The notes under the pieces: generated by a model | What the model was told of the DNA's origin: nothing | The model's input: the letters and a program-made list of their open reading frames with translations, nothing else | Databases searched by the model: none | NCBI GenBank assembly: GCA_051546255.1 | Contig: CP128820.1 | Location: 868,001 to 932,000 of the forward strand | Length of the DNA stretch: 64,000 nucleotides | Reading direction: 5' to 3' | Source of the DNA: Meyerozyma guilliermondii | Lineage: Eukaryota | Made by a program: the position numbers and the translations under genes | Shown: positions 43,537 through 55,453 of the stretch, piece after piece | How the letters are laid out: every line of letters begins with the position of its first letter | Position numbering within the stretch: position 1 is the first letter of the stretch

Positions 43537-46395
43537 CTAACGAGTATCTTCATCATCCTCGTCGTCGTCGTCCGTGGGACCAAACTCTCCTTCAAAGATA
43601 ATTGCCCCGGCTTTGCGTCGTTCTTCTATCGTTATGCATTCAGGCATCTCCAAAATGGCCTTCGCCGTGGGCCTCTCAAATGGATCTGGCCTGAGCATTT
43701 TATGCACCAATTGGTCGAGGTTATTCGAGCCGCATGCAACCAAGAAATCGGGTGCACCACTCGGTATCACGTCCCTTAGATCCACCTCTCTAATCGTGGT
43801 ATTTGGCTGCTGGAGTTGAATGGTTGTACTTGGGTATAATGACGATGTAGAAGAGTTCGCCATGGAGTTGTAGGATGTCAAGGACGAGAAGTTTCTATGC
43901 AGCAAAAAATCGCTAATGTTGTCACTCGATAGTTTGCCAGCATCACTGAGGTCTCCAGATCTCAACTTACGCCAAGGTGTTCCATTGTCTGGGAGAATAA
44001 CGTTGGTTGCAATTTCCAAGATCATCAACCCCACGCTAAAGATGTCTGCGAAAGGAGTGTAGATTTTATCGTTGATTAGTTCCGGTGCAATGTAATTGCG
44101 ATCTCCTTCAAGATCAAAGTCTTTTTCAAGGATGGGCAATTTGGTTGCAAGTCCAAAATCACCAATTTTCAAAAAACCTTCGAATGTAACAAAGATATTG
44201 GCTGGTTTCAAGTCAAGATGGAGGTAATTTTTCATGTGAATAAACCGTAATCCACTTAGGATTTCAATCAATATTTTCCATACTCGGAATTCATCGATTT
44301 TGTAGTTTTTGTTCTCTTCCAAGAATTGAAACAAAGTTCCTCCTTCACAGAACTCAGTCATAATATAGTAGTAATCATTGAAATCCCAAGCCTCGATGAA
44401 GTAAACAAGAAAATCCTTACCTTCTTCTTGTTCTTGCAAGTTTGCCTTTTCGTTATCTTTCACCGAAGTGAGAACACGCAAAGCTTCAATCTCTCTTCGA
44501 ATAGTTTTCAATTCAAGTTTACCAAGCACTGGTCGTTTTGTTCTTTTGATGGCGTATCGCTGTCCTTGAAATGAGCATTCGAAAGCAAGAGAAAACTCAC
44601 CGCTTCCAAGGTACTTGATATTTTTAATGCCAAATTTTTTAACCAAATGATCGTCTATCTTGGGTTCTTTAATCGTGACTTGAGATGAACTGAACATTCC
44701 CTCTCCTCCTAACTCGTGATATAGAGCTGTGGGTGTGGATGGTTCCATCTTGGATTTCATTCTTGACACCAAAGTTTGCGGTTGATTTTTTGGAAGCTTG
44801 AGGTGGAGGTGCTTGTAGGACAGGGGACTAAAGTTGGCAGGTGTAGAGTGTGATTTTTTGACTGCTTTGGTGGGAGTTTCCGGATTCATGCTATCATCTG
44901 AATCGAAATCGATATCGAAGTCACCCAAGACACTGACTTTGTTGCTTCGACTTGAGGTCTTAGCAGGTGAAGGTATCTTGAAGAAGCTATCGTTTGAGCC
45001 CAAGTCGGTCACAGAACCAAGAGCAGCTGCATTTCGACCAATTTCGATAGAAACGTCAGAGTTATCTGGTCCAAGCGTCAGCTTTAAGGGCTCTTTCGAT
45101 TCTTTTAGGAACATAACTGGATGAGGCTTGACGGGGGTCTCTGGAGGTCGTTTTCGTCCAATGCTAGCAATACTATTCTTTTTAAGCAACCCGGTAGACC
45201 GGAATGCAGTTTGTAACGGTTTTACAAACCGATACGATTTTGATTCGTCGAGTATGGACTTGGGTTCGTGAATATTTTCTTTATCATCGTCAATTGGGGT
45301 ATCAACATACAGCTCAGCGTGGTGAGTTCGATTTCGTCTGATATCAGCGGTAGTGTCTTCGTAGATTGTCACGGTGGGCTGGGCTGGTTTTTTATATCTT
45401 GACGGACTTTCTGACATATCCATGAAATCTGTAACATGGCCCTTTAAAGGGGAGGATTGGTAACTCATGGACGGGCTCGAAGCCTGGTCGGCAAGCATCT
45501 GAGACTTGTTTGGTTTGCCAAGTTGATTATTAAATGCAGTGATTGATTTCTCATCATTTTTCAAGTTTTCAGTTCTGAATGGACTATCGGAAGTTTTTCG
45601 CAACTTGTTGGACACCCTCGAAAAAGGCGTAGACATGTTGATGGGATTAGAACGAGTGGGGGTCTTGCCCATTTTGGCAGGAGAATGTAGTCCTGAGCTT
45701 CCCAAGCCCGAGAGAAGTAGATGAGACGAGGACTTTGCGCCGAGCCCCACCGAAGATGGTGATGGGGACTGGCTCACGAGCTGATGGGGTCTTTTGAATT
45801 GGTTGGGTGTATGCTCGCCGCTCTTGAACACCGGGGTTTCGATCTCGTTGAGGTTGGGGATCAAATCCACTTCAGGGCGCGGTTTTAACGCCGACAGCTC
45901 AATTGAGAGATTGAGGTATTTGGAAGACCGTTTGATCGAGGATGTCCTTTCGTCATCACTATCCAGCGACATTTGGTTCAGGATGTTAGGCGGCTGAAGC
46001 GTCTGAAGCAGACTGGAGTTGTTGCTGGTTCCTGAGTGTATGCGGGATTCTTGTCCACTGTATTTTTCAGGTGAAGGGTCGTTCAAGGAAGTTTGTTGGG
46101 TCGGGTTCCGCTGGTTAAACAAACGTACCGGCTGAATAGTATCATCGTCGTACCCGCTGGCGCCAGTATCGTGTTTCAAGTTGAATGGAGGCGACTTACT
46201 GATCTTTTTCTTCTTGTGGGTTTGACTGTCATCGTCTAATATCAACGTGTTGAACGAACGGGAGAAAGTATTGTAGAAGTATGCGTCACTAATGGGCTGT
46301 TTGGAAGGCGTTTCGAACGAATCTCGCGTAGCTGATGTTGATCCCGACGAGCGAGAGCTTCCAGAACCACTGCTGGCGGTGAGAGGTGGCCTCAT
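43537..46395 (-). CDS. SWE1: Wee1-family kinase
   Basis: PPETPVK, LGSGEFS, HLDLKPANIF, DLEGDRNYIAPE, LPDNGTPWRKLRSGDLSD. Confidence 0.95.
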   Translation of the reverse strand: MRPPLTASSGSGSSRSSGSTSATRDSFETPSKQPISDAYFYNTFSRSFNTLILDDDSQTHKKKKISKSPPFNLKHDTGASGYDDDTIQPVRLFNQRNPTQQTSLNDPSPEKYSGQESRIHSGTSNNSSLLQTLQPPNILNQMSLDSDDERTSSIKRSSKYLNLSIELSALKPRPEVDLIPNLNEIETPVFKSGEHTPNQFKRPHQLVSQSPSPSSVGLGAKSSSHLLLSGLGSSGLHSPAKMGKTPTRSNPINMSTPFSRVSNKLRKTSDSPFRTENLKNDEKSITAFNNQLGKPNKSQMLADQASSPSMSYQSSPLKGHVTDFMDMSESPSRYKKPAQPTVTIYEDTTADIRRNRTHHAELYVDTPIDDDKENIHEPKSILDESKSYRFVKPLQTAFRSTGLLKKNSIASIGRKRPPETPVKPHPVMFLKESKEPLKLTLGPDNSDVSIEIGRNAAALGSVTDLGSNDSFFKIPSPAKTSSRSNKVSVLGDFDIDFDSDDSMNPETPTKAVKKSHSTPANFSPLSYKHLHLKLPKNQPQTLVSRMKSKMEPSTPTALYHELGGEGMFSSSQVTIKEPKIDDHLVKKFGIKNIKYLGSGEFSLAFECSFQGQRYAIKRTKRPVLGKLELKTIRREIEALRVLTSVKDNEKANLQEQEEGKDFLVYFIEAWDFNDYYYIMTEFCEGGTLFQFLEENKNYKIDEFRVWKILIEILSGLRFIHMKNYLHLDLKPANIFVTFEGFLKIGDFGLATKLPILEKDFDLEGDRNYIAPELINDKIYTPFADIFSVGLMILEIATNVILPDNGTPWRKLRSGDLSDAGKLSSDNISDFLLHRNFSSLTSYNSMANSSTSSLYPSTTIQLQQPNTTIREVDLRDVIPSGAPDFLVACGSNNLDQLVHKMLRPDPFERPTAKAILEMPECITIEERRKAGAIIFEGEFGPTDDDDEDDEDTR

Positions 46396-46578
46396 TTATG
46401 ACTGGTAAACTGAAGTACCACCTTTGAGAATATGTGTTTTGGAAACAATAGGCAGTATGCAGAAGCGTAAAGGATGAAAGTAACACAGTATACTGGTGAT
46501 GTTGTACCGCAAAGACTAGTTTGGCTGGATGGTGACGACTCGTAACCTGGCGGTCATTCTCCTCCTTGACCATAACAA

Positions 46579-46631
46579 ACGCGACGCGAAAGTAAACAAC
46601 GCGTATTCGTTCACGTGATGAGCGGCACGTG
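46579..46631. promoter_or_regulatory. Cell-cycle promoter module of SWE1: MCB/SCB-like, Forkhead and CACGTG sites
   Basis: ACGCGA/ACGCGAAA 46579-46591, GTAAACAA 46592-46599, ACGCGT 46599-46604, TCACGTGA 46611-46618. Confidence 0.7.
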
Positions 46632-47254
46632 CTTTGAGCGATAAATGGAATGTCATAGGACTGTCAGAAATGTCTCAATGTAGCCGAAATTGACTGGGTG
46701 GTACCTTGTTCACATATATAGCCGCTGGCCGAGTCTCAGGGCTCAATGCCAAAAAATGATAATTTTGAAGTGGCCCTAAATGACCGACCTAAGCAGGTAT
46801 GAGATTTACTCCGAGCGTAAATTTCAGACCGGTCAACCGCGCGCTCGCATCGGCCCACCAGGCGAGTATCTCACGTGCCAGTGGCACCGTGCTTGCGCCA
46901 GTGCTGGTGGACCCGTGCGTCCAAACGTAAGCGAAGCGCTGACAAATTGCGCGTGCGTGATTGGCTCCTGATGCATCTGATTACTTCCCGATCGTAAACC
47001 TTACCCTAATTAGACACCGCCGCGCCATATAACTGAATATCTGTCACATATTTTCACGCACCATTTGACCCTTGCTTTAGCTTTTTGGTTTGTTTTCCTT
47101 GCAACTTGTGCTACCCAGGTGTACCTCCCTTCATTACCTTTGCCGAACGCCACCCATCGGCATCGCCACCGGCTCAAAATTTATTTTTAAACTGACTTAA
47201 ATTTGTCATTTTCGCTACCACACTTTCAAATCACACCATCAAAATCTTGATGAA

Positions 47255-48544
47255 ATGTCCGTCGATGCACTTCCTGGCCAGCAGTGTTCCAACTGCGGCA
47301 CCACGAAAACTCCCCTATGGCGACGGGCGCCTGATGGAACTTTAATTTGTAATGCGTGCGGACTCTATTATCGGTCCAATAATTCCCATCGACCGGTCAA
47401 TTTGAAACGACCTCCAAATACCATTCCGGTGTCATCAAAGCAGGGTTCCTGTCGAGGCGATGGTCATTGTAATGGAACCGGAGGATCGGCAGCGTGCCGA
47501 GGATGTCCAGCTTACAACAACCGGGTGGTGATAAAAAAGGACTCCGAAAAACAGTCTGATTCCGATGACGAAACCGCCAAAAACCTGCCGCTGTCGCCGG
47601 GTCAGAACTCTATCAGCAACAATGGAGCCTCAAATGGCGCCGAAGACTCGGACATGGCCATTGCATGCTACAATTGTGGCACCACCATCACTCCTCTTTG
47701 GCGCCGAGACGACGCTGGAAATACCATCTGCAATGCCTGTGGGCTCTATTACAAGCTCCACAAGAGCCACCGACCGGTGAAAATGAAGCGTACCACCATC
47801 AAGCGCCGAAAACGCCATCTCAACGAAACGACGTTGTCCACAGCCTCGGAAAATAATCGCATTGAAAAACCTAAAAAACTGCCCAATATCGCCCCTAAAA
47901 AGTCCCCCGGCTCCGCTAAAAGCTCAACCCAGTCGCCACGGCCCCCTCAGGGTGCATTGGGACCTCTCCCTCCTATAGCAAATGGGCCCCCAATGTTCGG
48001 TCCTGGTCACGGTAGCCACGGCCCTGCCCCTTCTCATATGGCACCACCAGGCTTTGGTCCACCTCACGGCCCGTCACATTACCCTCCATACACATTTCAT
48101 CCCTATGCTGGACTCAGAATACCCAACGGACCCGGCCCAGTACCGGGCCCACCACCTCCGATGGGGTTTGCTTATACGGTCTCTGCGCAGGCGCCATACA
48201 TGTATGGAGGTGCTACTGTGCCTCCTGGACCGGTGCCAGGTCCCGCCATGCATTCAATGGTCCGAACTCCGCCGCACGTAGGACAGGGCTCTGCTCCTTC
48301 GCAGCTTCCACCCATCAAACTTCCGCTGCTCAATCTCCCAAAGGGTTACCAGGCGTCTACAATTCACGTTACGCCGAAATCGCCAAAATCTCCGAAATCG
48401 CCAACCATTACTTCCAAGAGGACAAAAACACCCATTCCCGTGGATTTCACCACAGCATTTCCCAAAGTGGAGCCTATAGACGAGAAAATTTCCGAGGATG
48501 CAGGCACCCGTTTGTCAATTGGCGGGCTCTTGAACAAAAAATAG
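47255..48544 (+). CDS. SFU1: Iron-responsive GATA repressor (SreA/Fep1/Urbs1 family)
   Basis: Two GATA fingers flanking Cys-rich CRGDGHCNGTGGSAACRGCP; C-terminal LSIGGLLN. Confidence 0.95.
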   Translation: MSVDALPGQQCSNCGTTKTPLWRRAPDGTLICNACGLYYRSNNSHRPVNLKRPPNTIPVSSKQGSCRGDGHCNGTGGSAACRGCPAYNNRVVIKKDSEKQSDSDDETAKNLPLSPGQNSISNNGASNGAEDSDMAIACYNCGTTITPLWRRDDAGNTICNACGLYYKLHKSHRPVKMKRTTIKRRKRHLNETTLSTASENNRIEKPKKLPNIAPKKSPGSAKSSTQSPRPPQGALGPLPPIANGPPMFGPGHGSHGPAPSHMAPPGFGPPHGPSHYPPYTFHPYAGLRIPNGPGPVPGPPPPMGFAYTVSAQAPYMYGGATVPPGPVPGPAMHSMVRTPPHVGQGSAPSQLPPIKLPLLNLPKGYQASTIHVTPKSPKSPKSPTITSKRTKTPIPVDFTTAFPKVEPIDEKISEDAGTRLSIGGLLNKK

Positions 48545-48672
48545 TAATAGATGCATCAATAGTCACTACATTCTGTTCTTCTGAGTTAGTAGTCTTCGTC
48601 TTCATCTTGGCTCAGGTCACGTGCGATGGGGAATCGACCCCAGGTTTGGAACGGCGGAATGAAAAACATTTG

Positions 48673-49572
48673 ATGGCCGACTTGGAGCTTACTGATACCT
48701 CTATCGACTCGTCTTTGGGCCGCAAAGTCAAGGATGTGGCCGCGGGTTTCGTGGGAGGGGCTACACAGGTGCTCATTGGACAGCCTGCTGATTTGGTGAA
48801 AATTCGGCTTCAAACTTCAGGAGGAAATACCAGTGCCAGTCAAGTTATTAAGGATGTGATCAAGAATGAAGGGCTTTTGGCGTTCTACAAAGGCACATTG
48901 CCTCCCTTGGTAGGTGTGGGAGTTTGTGTTTCTCTTCAGTTTTACGGGTTCCATGAATGCAAGCGTCAGTTGTTGAAGCGGTCCAACCAGACCGAATTGA
49001 ATTTGTGGCCTCAAACGTATATTGCTGGAGCGTGCGCTGGAATAGTGAACACTCCTGTCACGGCGCCGGTTGAACAGCTTCGTATTTTGAGTCAATCGAG
49101 CAAGTCTTCAGGAAGTCCATTACTTGCAACCATCAAGTCCATCTACAGCCAGAATGGATTAGTTCGAGGGATTTATCGTGGAACAGGAATCACGTTGCTT
49201 CGAGAGATCCAGGCGTACGGAGTCTGGTTTTTGAGTTACGAAACTTTGATCCAAAAAATACAAGTGTGGAGGAGATATACTCATCGAGACCAAATATCCA
49301 CTTTGGAACTACTCGGAGCCGGTGCTCTTGCGGGCAACTTTCTCTGGATCTCGTCGTACCCCATCGACGTCATCAAGTCCAACATCCAAAGCGACAAATT
49401 TGGCGCCGATTCAAAGTTTAATGGAAGTGTTTTAAAGGCCACAAAAACGTTGTGGGCCACTCAAGGTGCTCGTGGATTCTGGAGAGGAATTGGTCCGTGC
49501 TTGGTCAGAGCCACACCATGTAGTGCGGGTACATTTGCCAGTGTGGAATTGGCGCTCCGGGTAATGGGATAG
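48673..49572 (+). CDS. Mitochondrial carrier, Ymc1/Ymc2-like
   Basis: Three PX[DE]XX[KR] motifs, GLLAFYKGTLPPLVGVGVCVSLQF. Confidence 0.88.
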   Translation: MADLELTDTSIDSSLGRKVKDVAAGFVGGATQVLIGQPADLVKIRLQTSGGNTSASQVIKDVIKNEGLLAFYKGTLPPLVGVGVCVSLQFYGFHECKRQLLKRSNQTELNLWPQTYIAGACAGIVNTPVTAPVEQLRILSQSSKSSGSPLLATIKSIYSQNGLVRGIYRGTGITLLREIQAYGVWFLSYETLIQKIQVWRRYTHRDQISTLELLGAGALAGNFLWISSYPIDVIKSNIQSDKFGADSKFNGSVLKATKTLWATQGARGFWRGIGPCLVRATPCSAGTFASVELALRVMG

Positions 49573-49737
49573 AGAAATACATGAAAGTAAATAAGATGTA
49601 AGAACTCAGTGATGGCTGCAATTTAATGAGCGAGAGATCTGTATCGCCGGTCCTGCATATAGCCCCGCCAATCAGCGGTGCTCACTTTTCTGTTACTCGC
49701 GCAGCTCAAACTCACTGTCAAGTCCGTCGTCGTTGCA

Positions 49738-50439
49738 ATGTTTAAAGCCGTCTTCACAGCACCTAACGGCCGGATCGTGGCTGCTCCTGTTTCCAGGACC
49801 ATACAGAATAGGTTTTTTTCCGTTGCATCTGCTTTGAATAAGCCAGCAACTGCTTCGTCTACAGAATATTTTGCTACTGGAGGACTGAGTCAAGCGGTTT
49901 GGCCACAAGGTTTCAGATTGCCCAAGCCTAAAACATGGGAAGAGAGTGGTGAGAGTGCATTATCCAAGGCCACCAAGTTTTTTTTCTTGAGTGAAATTGC
50001 CAGAGGAATGTACATCTGTATGGAGATGTTCTTCAGAGCTCCATATACCATCTATTACCCATTTGAAAAGGGACCCATCTCTCCCCGATTCAGAGGAGAA
50101 CACGCTTTGCGGAGATACCCCAGCGGTGAAGAGAGATGTATTGCATGTAAGTTGTGTGAAGCTATTTGCCCAGCACAAGCCATCACCATCGAGGCAGAAG
50201 AACGTGCCGATGGACTGAGAAGAACCTACAAGTACGACATTGACATGACCAAGTGTATCTACTGTGGCTACTGTCAGGAATCGTGTCCCGTGGATGCCAT
50301 CGTGGAGTCTCCAAATGTGGAGTATGCGACCGAGACCAGAGAGGAGTTGTTGTATAATAAGGAGAAGTTGTTGGAGAATGGTGATAAGTGGGAGCAAGAA
50401 TTGCAATACTGTATTGATGCTGACGCTCCATACAGATAA
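49738..50439 (+). CDS. Complex I TYKY/NDUFS8 (NUIM) iron-sulfur subunit
   Basis: [47 protein letters not shown] at ~49668. Confidence 0.96.
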   Translation: MFKAVFTAPNGRIVAAPVSRTIQNRFFSVASALNKPATASSTEYFATGGLSQAVWPQGFRLPKPKTWEESGESALSKATKFFFLSEIARGMYICMEMFFRAPYTIYYPFEKGPISPRFRGEHALRRYPSGEERCIACKLCEAICPAQAITIEAEERADGLRRTYKYDIDMTKCIYCGYCQESCPVDAIVESPNVEYATETREELLYNKEKLLENGDKWEQELQYCIDADAPYR

Positions 50440-50562
50440 ATAGAATAAACGAATGAGCAGCGAGCGAACGAGTAGCGAGAAAATGAATAAGCAAGCGAGC
50501 GAAGCGAGAGTAACAATGGCAGACAAAAAATGACAAAATGACAAAATCATAAAATCATAAAA
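50440..50562. repeat. Simple repeats downstream of the complex I subunit gene
   Basis: GCGA(G/A) iterations, AAAATGAC x2, AAAATCAT x2. Confidence 0.6.
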
Positions 50563-51111
50563 ATACCTATCGACTCAATACATATTCTACTCACAATTAC
50601 AAACCTTTTAGTATTTATCCTCTTCTTTTATCACCCTATCCTTTTTTCTCATCCTCTTTTTTTAGTTCCCTCTCTTTTTCTTGCAGCCGCGCCCCATTCT
50701 CGTCCCAAACACTGTGCGACAAGCTGAGAATTTCGCCCGCAGTGACAAATCCACCGTTTCCTACCACAACGAATCCCTTGCTTACCTTGCCGGAAGTCGC
50801 GGCGACGAGGTTTATATACTATAACCAACCCCCTGAATCATATCAAGTGCCCAAAAACAACTTTTGGGTCGATTTCATAAAGTTTTAGTTCATTCACTTC
50901 ATCACCAAAAGTGTTCCAAATCACCAAAGCACCAACAACCCCAGCTCAGATCGATTACAACAAACCAAAACAGATCATACAGCGCTCTAGTAGCTCCTTC
51001 TAGTCCGAATCCTCACCAAACCAAGCCATAGCCTTCGACCTGTGTGGTTCTAATAATAGCACCCGTCAAGTTCTAGCCAGTATACAAGAACCGGTTGTAG
51101 GCTCCCGACCC

Positions 51112-52257
51112 ATGACCGCCAATCCGTTCTCTCCCACGACGCAAAATGACTACTATGTCTCCACATTCTCGGCATTATCCGACGCAACATGCCTGCTGTC
51201 TGATGCCATCGCAACAGAATCCATCAACTACTCGCCCAAACACCGCAAGAGTCAGTCCACGCCGTCACGAAAGATCAACATGAAGAACTTGTCGTTGAAT
51301 CTCGCACCAGAAGTTGCTGGTGTGCAAATTTCACCGAGAGCTGAAAAGTCGAATCTGCAAAAATCAGAAGCCAATCCTCCAGCCAGAAGACAGACCTTGA
51401 CCCTTTCTATTCCATCGCTGCCGCTCCAAACGAGTCCAAAACGTAACAACGCTCCGTCACTACTACGAAGCAATACAGATATTGTGGTAGGACAAACCAA
51501 AACCTCCCTCGCCAGTGCATTGAGCTCGCCATTTTCTGCTCAAGTCGACTCCCTTTCTTCCCAAATCAACGATGTCAACATAAGCGAAGAACAAAACATC
51601 GATGTTCGTCTCCTACTATCCCGGTCAGGAGAAACCGTCTCTTCTATCCAACACCAGTTTCCAGAGGAATTGCAAGAACTGAACCTGTTGGACGCATATA
51701 CAAGTGGTCCTGCCAATGTGCTCAACAATTGCATTTTCCTCTATTCGGACCCCGTCAATAGTCCTCGCCAAATTGACATTAATGATTATGATCTCGTGAT
51801 AAATGTGGCCAGAGAGTGTGCCGATATGTCTCTGGAACATCTCCCACATCCAGGAAAAAGGTACATGTATGTGCCGTGGTCGCACACTTCGGCCATACTG
51901 AAAGAACTCCCCACAATAATCAACGCTATTAGCGACTTTGATGACAGCGATAAACCTCTGCTGCAACCGAAAAGAAAGATACTAGTTCATTGCCAGTGTG
52001 GAGTGTCAAGATCTGCCTGCGTTATTGTGGCCTACTTCATGTTCAAGTTTGGTATCAGTGTGAACCAAGCATACGACCTCCTCAAGCTGGGCTCAGCTCC
52101 TCAAACCCCAAGCAAATCTGGACTCATGTCTCCATTCGTGGCTGCTAAATCTTATAAATCGGTACCTTCCGCTTACACCATAGACGCATGTTCTCTCATA
52201 TGCCCCAACATGCGACTAATTTTTGAACTAATGGAGTTTGGAGACTCTCTAAGCTAA
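51112..52257 (+). CDS. CPP1: Dual-specificity MAP kinase phosphatase (Cpp1/Msg5-like)
   Basis: NMKNLSLNL docking-like motif, [26 protein letters not shown]. Confidence 0.82.
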   Translation: MTANPFSPTTQNDYYVSTFSALSDATCLLSDAIATESINYSPKHRKSQSTPSRKINMKNLSLNLAPEVAGVQISPRAEKSNLQKSEANPPARRQTLTLSIPSLPLQTSPKRNNAPSLLRSNTDIVVGQTKTSLASALSSPFSAQVDSLSSQINDVNISEEQNIDVRLLLSRSGETVSSIQHQFPEELQELNLLDAYTSGPANVLNNCIFLYSDPVNSPRQIDINDYDLVINVARECADMSLEHLPHPGKRYMYVPWSHTSAILKELPTIINAISDFDDSDKPLLQPKRKILVHCQCGVSRSACVIVAYFMFKFGISVNQAYDLLKLGSAPQTPSKSGLMSPFVAAKSYKSVPSAYTIDACSLICPNMRLIFELMEFGDSLS

Positions 52258-52420
52258 CTGCACATTCATTCTACTCATCTATAAGAATACATTCTCTTAG
52301 TCACATTCATTCTATATCATCTATACATTCTACTTGTCTTCGCTTATATAATCGGCCCTTACCAGCAGAGCTGAGAAGTTGAAGAAACCACAAACTGTAG
52401 TACCACGCCTCTGCGTCACC

Positions 52421-55372
52421 ATGTCATATGAGAGGCGTTTTCAGGACCGAGAAGACGCTCGAGATAGCAATCATACTACTCTGAGCTCACGGGATCCTCA
52501 CAGAGATTCTAGGGTCCAAAACACATCCGATAATAGAAGGCGACCTTCGGGCTCTCCACCATTTGGCGAAGAAGCAAGGATAGCTAGCTACTATGACTCG
52601 AAGAATCGGCACAATAACGATGGTCATGGCGGTTTCAGCAGGTATCCGTCCAGAGGAGGTCAGCAAAATGGCCCCAGGAGTCAACATTCTCAGTCAAAGA
52701 GAGAGCGTTACAGACGAAATTTTCTTGAAAAGTCACATTATCCAGGTACCCAAGCCGCGAGAGATCAAAGGAGAGCAAGCGTAGATGAGAGGACCGCAGG
52801 GAACAAGCCGAAAGAACCTAATCTGGAAGAAGTGGACAAAAAGGACGAAAAAATGACAGTTGATAACCAGCAGGCCACAAATATGAAGATAGAGAAATCC
52901 CCGATAAAAGCTGATGAAGACGATGGAGCTAGTGAGCAGCTAAAAGATCCTTTTGAGAAACCTTCTGGGACCGCCCAGCGACAACCTGACCAGAACACAC
53001 CTGAGAAACCGGACCCCAGTGTCGACACCTCTGTTCTTTCTTCAGTCACAGATTCGGTCCCCGACAGTTTCTACAAAACTTTGATTAGAGGTGAAGATAA
53101 CGAACATACTGAGTATACCGATGACTCTGAGGCCGAAACCTTGGCAGCACACTCGCCTCCTCGTATGAACAGAGGACGACGGCTCGTAAGGCAAAGTGAT
53201 ATAAAAGAAGATGGTGATGTTTCGGATGAAGAGAAACCAGAACCAAAATCCTTTTCAAAGCTGAAACTGCCGGAAACTGCGCTGCGTCCTTATAAACTTA
53301 AAAGGGATTCGAGCGGATGCTCGCTTCTTCAAAGAGCTTGTAAGAAAGGTAATGTCAAAGATGTGCTTCAGCTTTTGGAGCGAGGAGCTGATCCCAACGA
53401 AGCCGATTTCTGTGGTTTCACCTGTTTGCATGAAGCGGCTTTGGCAGGACACACGGAAGTTGCAAAGATATTGTTGGATCACGGAGCAGATGTCAATAAA
53501 CCTGCTTTTGAAGCGGGAGACTTAGAGACACCCTTGATAGATGCTTCTGAGAACCAGCATACGGAAACTGTAAAATTGCTCTTGAAGTATGGCGCGGACA
53601 CAAGGGTGTACAATATCGATGGCTTTACGGCCCTCACCAAAATTTACAACGACCATGCTAATGAAGAGGGTTACGAGGAAATAATCAAGCTCTTGGAGGA
53701 AGCCAACCACAAAATTGCAGGAGAATCAAACACTACGGCAGATCCTTTGCTTGATATAATGCCTCCATCTCCGGATAGTGTTGTCGAAGATCCTAATGAT
53801 TCTTATTTTGGAGACCTTCTCAGGAAAAAGAGCGCTTATATGTTTAGGCATGCAGCTGAGGGACACAAGGAATTAATAGCCAACTATCTACTCGAAGGAG
53901 GAGACTTGCTGAGTCAACCTGATATTTTTATTGTTGCTGCTCGGAATGGACACTTGGAGATGATCAACATTATAATGGGTTTGGCCACAGACTTTGACAT
54001 TGACACTGAAAATTCCTGTGGATTGACAGCATTATTGGCATCTGTTGGCCGTGGTCATCGTGACGTTGTGAGTTTCTTATTGGCGGAAGGTGCTAATCCA
54101 TTCAGAAAGCGTAATGATTCCTTGGATGCGTTGGAAATTTCCAGGCGATCTGCAAACTTTGATCCCGTCGAGGTTCGCAGCATCCAGGAGGCTATGGCTA
54201 AGAGACAGCACACAAGTGCTTCGAACGAGAGAGCCAAAGTTGATGATAAAAAAGAACCAAAAATTTCTTCAGCTGCCGTAAAGAACACTGAAGACAAACC
54301 TCAACACAATGATTCAAGATCCCAGCACCAAGATGAGCCCAGAAAGCGGAAGAATGATGGTGAAGAGAACCCTGAGGCAAAGCGTCGTATTAGAAAGGAG
54401 AGCATAGTTTCAGAAACTGCGACTCAAGACCATGATGCCAATCCACTTCGCCATTCAAGCTCTTACGAGCTGGCGCCCCAAACCCATGGAAGCGAATCTC
54501 GAGAATCAACACCCAACCAGCCACAGTCGCCTGTCAACAAGCTAAGCGAGGAGCAGCGGGTTCGCAGCGCAGAAGAGGCACGTATTTGGCAGGAGAAAGT
54601 CGAGGCCAAGAAACGAGCTAGGCGGGAGATGTTTTTGAAGATGGAGAAAGAGAAAGAAAAGAAAAGAAGAGAGGAGGAAGAGCGCAAACTTGAGGCTGAA
54701 AAGCGCCAGGAAAAGGAACGAATCGAACGAGAGAAAGAGATCAAAAGAAAGCAAGAACAAGAAGCATTGGAGAAGTCCAAAGCATTAGAAGACGAGGTAC
54801 AGAAACTTCGCCGTAAGATTATCATTGAAAATTATCCTGAGGGGTTGTTGCTGCTCCGTACAAATCTCAGTGTCTCTGACAGAGTTCGCGATTATTCTCC
54901 TTTGTATCTTGTGGAAAAAGATTCGGTAGTTTACGTTGCTGATATCCAATTGTTTTTGCTTACGGGCGAGCCGGTGACAAATATCACAGCAGAACTTCCT
55001 GAACACGTGGAAGCAACTGCGGAAGAGAAGGGAGCTTTGTGGGAAATAATGTGTGAATTGATAGGAGACAGAAACGAAAAGAATGGAGCTGAAAAGTTTA
55101 AGAATCTTCTTGTACACTTTGTCAAATTGGATCTGGCTAGAGCCTGGTGCGAGTTAAGGTATCCAGAGGTGTATGAAGAAGTATGGACTCATCGTCGTGT
55201 TGCCAAAGTGGATCTCGAATCATTTAAGAAGGTCACCAGTGGTATTCTTCAAACTGTCATAGCTGATGATGTCCAACCAAAGTATCCAGAAGGCGTCTTC
55301 GTTCCTCCTAGTTTAAAGCGCCGTCAAGATGCCGTTCGTGCCATCCAAACTGCCGCAAATCCATTGTGGTAG
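52421..55372 (+). CDS. HOS4: Ankyrin-repeat Set3C subunit, Hos4-like
   Basis: KRDSSG.SLLQRAC, ankyrin repeats (CLHEAAL.GH, ETPLIDA), charged coiled coil. Confidence 0.8.
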   Translation: MSYERRFQDREDARDSNHTTLSSRDPHRDSRVQNTSDNRRRPSGSPPFGEEARIASYYDSKNRHNNDGHGGFSRYPSRGGQQNGPRSQHSQSKRERYRRNFLEKSHYPGTQAARDQRRASVDERTAGNKPKEPNLEEVDKKDEKMTVDNQQATNMKIEKSPIKADEDDGASEQLKDPFEKPSGTAQRQPDQNTPEKPDPSVDTSVLSSVTDSVPDSFYKTLIRGEDNEHTEYTDDSEAETLAAHSPPRMNRGRRLVRQSDIKEDGDVSDEEKPEPKSFSKLKLPETALRPYKLKRDSSGCSLLQRACKKGNVKDVLQLLERGADPNEADFCGFTCLHEAALAGHTEVAKILLDHGADVNKPAFEAGDLETPLIDASENQHTETVKLLLKYGADTRVYNIDGFTALTKIYNDHANEEGYEEIIKLLEEANHKIAGESNTTADPLLDIMPPSPDSVVEDPNDSYFGDLLRKKSAYMFRHAAEGHKELIANYLLEGGDLLSQPDIFIVAARNGHLEMINIIMGLATDFDIDTENSCGLTALLASVGRGHRDVVSFLLAEGANPFRKRNDSLDALEISRRSANFDPVEVRSIQEAMAKRQHTSASNERAKVDDKKEPKISSAAVKNTEDKPQHNDSRSQHQDEPRKRKNDGEENPEAKRRIRKESIVSETATQDHDANPLRHSSSYELAPQTHGSESRESTPNQPQSPVNKLSEEQRVRSAEEARIWQEKVEAKKRARREMFLKMEKEKEKKRREEEERKLEAEKRQEKERIEREKEIKRKQEQEALEKSKALEDEVQKLRRKIIIENYPEGLLLLRTNLSVSDRVRDYSPLYLVEKDSVVYVADIQLFLLTGEPVTNITAELPEHVEATAEEKGALWEIMCELIGDRNEKNGAEKFKNLLVHFVKLDLARAWCELRYPEVYEEVWTHRRVAKVDLESFKKVTSGILQTVIADDVQPKYPEGVFVPPSLKRRQDAVRAIQTAANPLW

Positions 55373-55453
55373 CTTAATTGTATACTAATGTAATTTACGA
55401 TCCCCAGATATCAGTATTCGCGATTTCGTGCGATGAGCATCACTACTCGAGAT

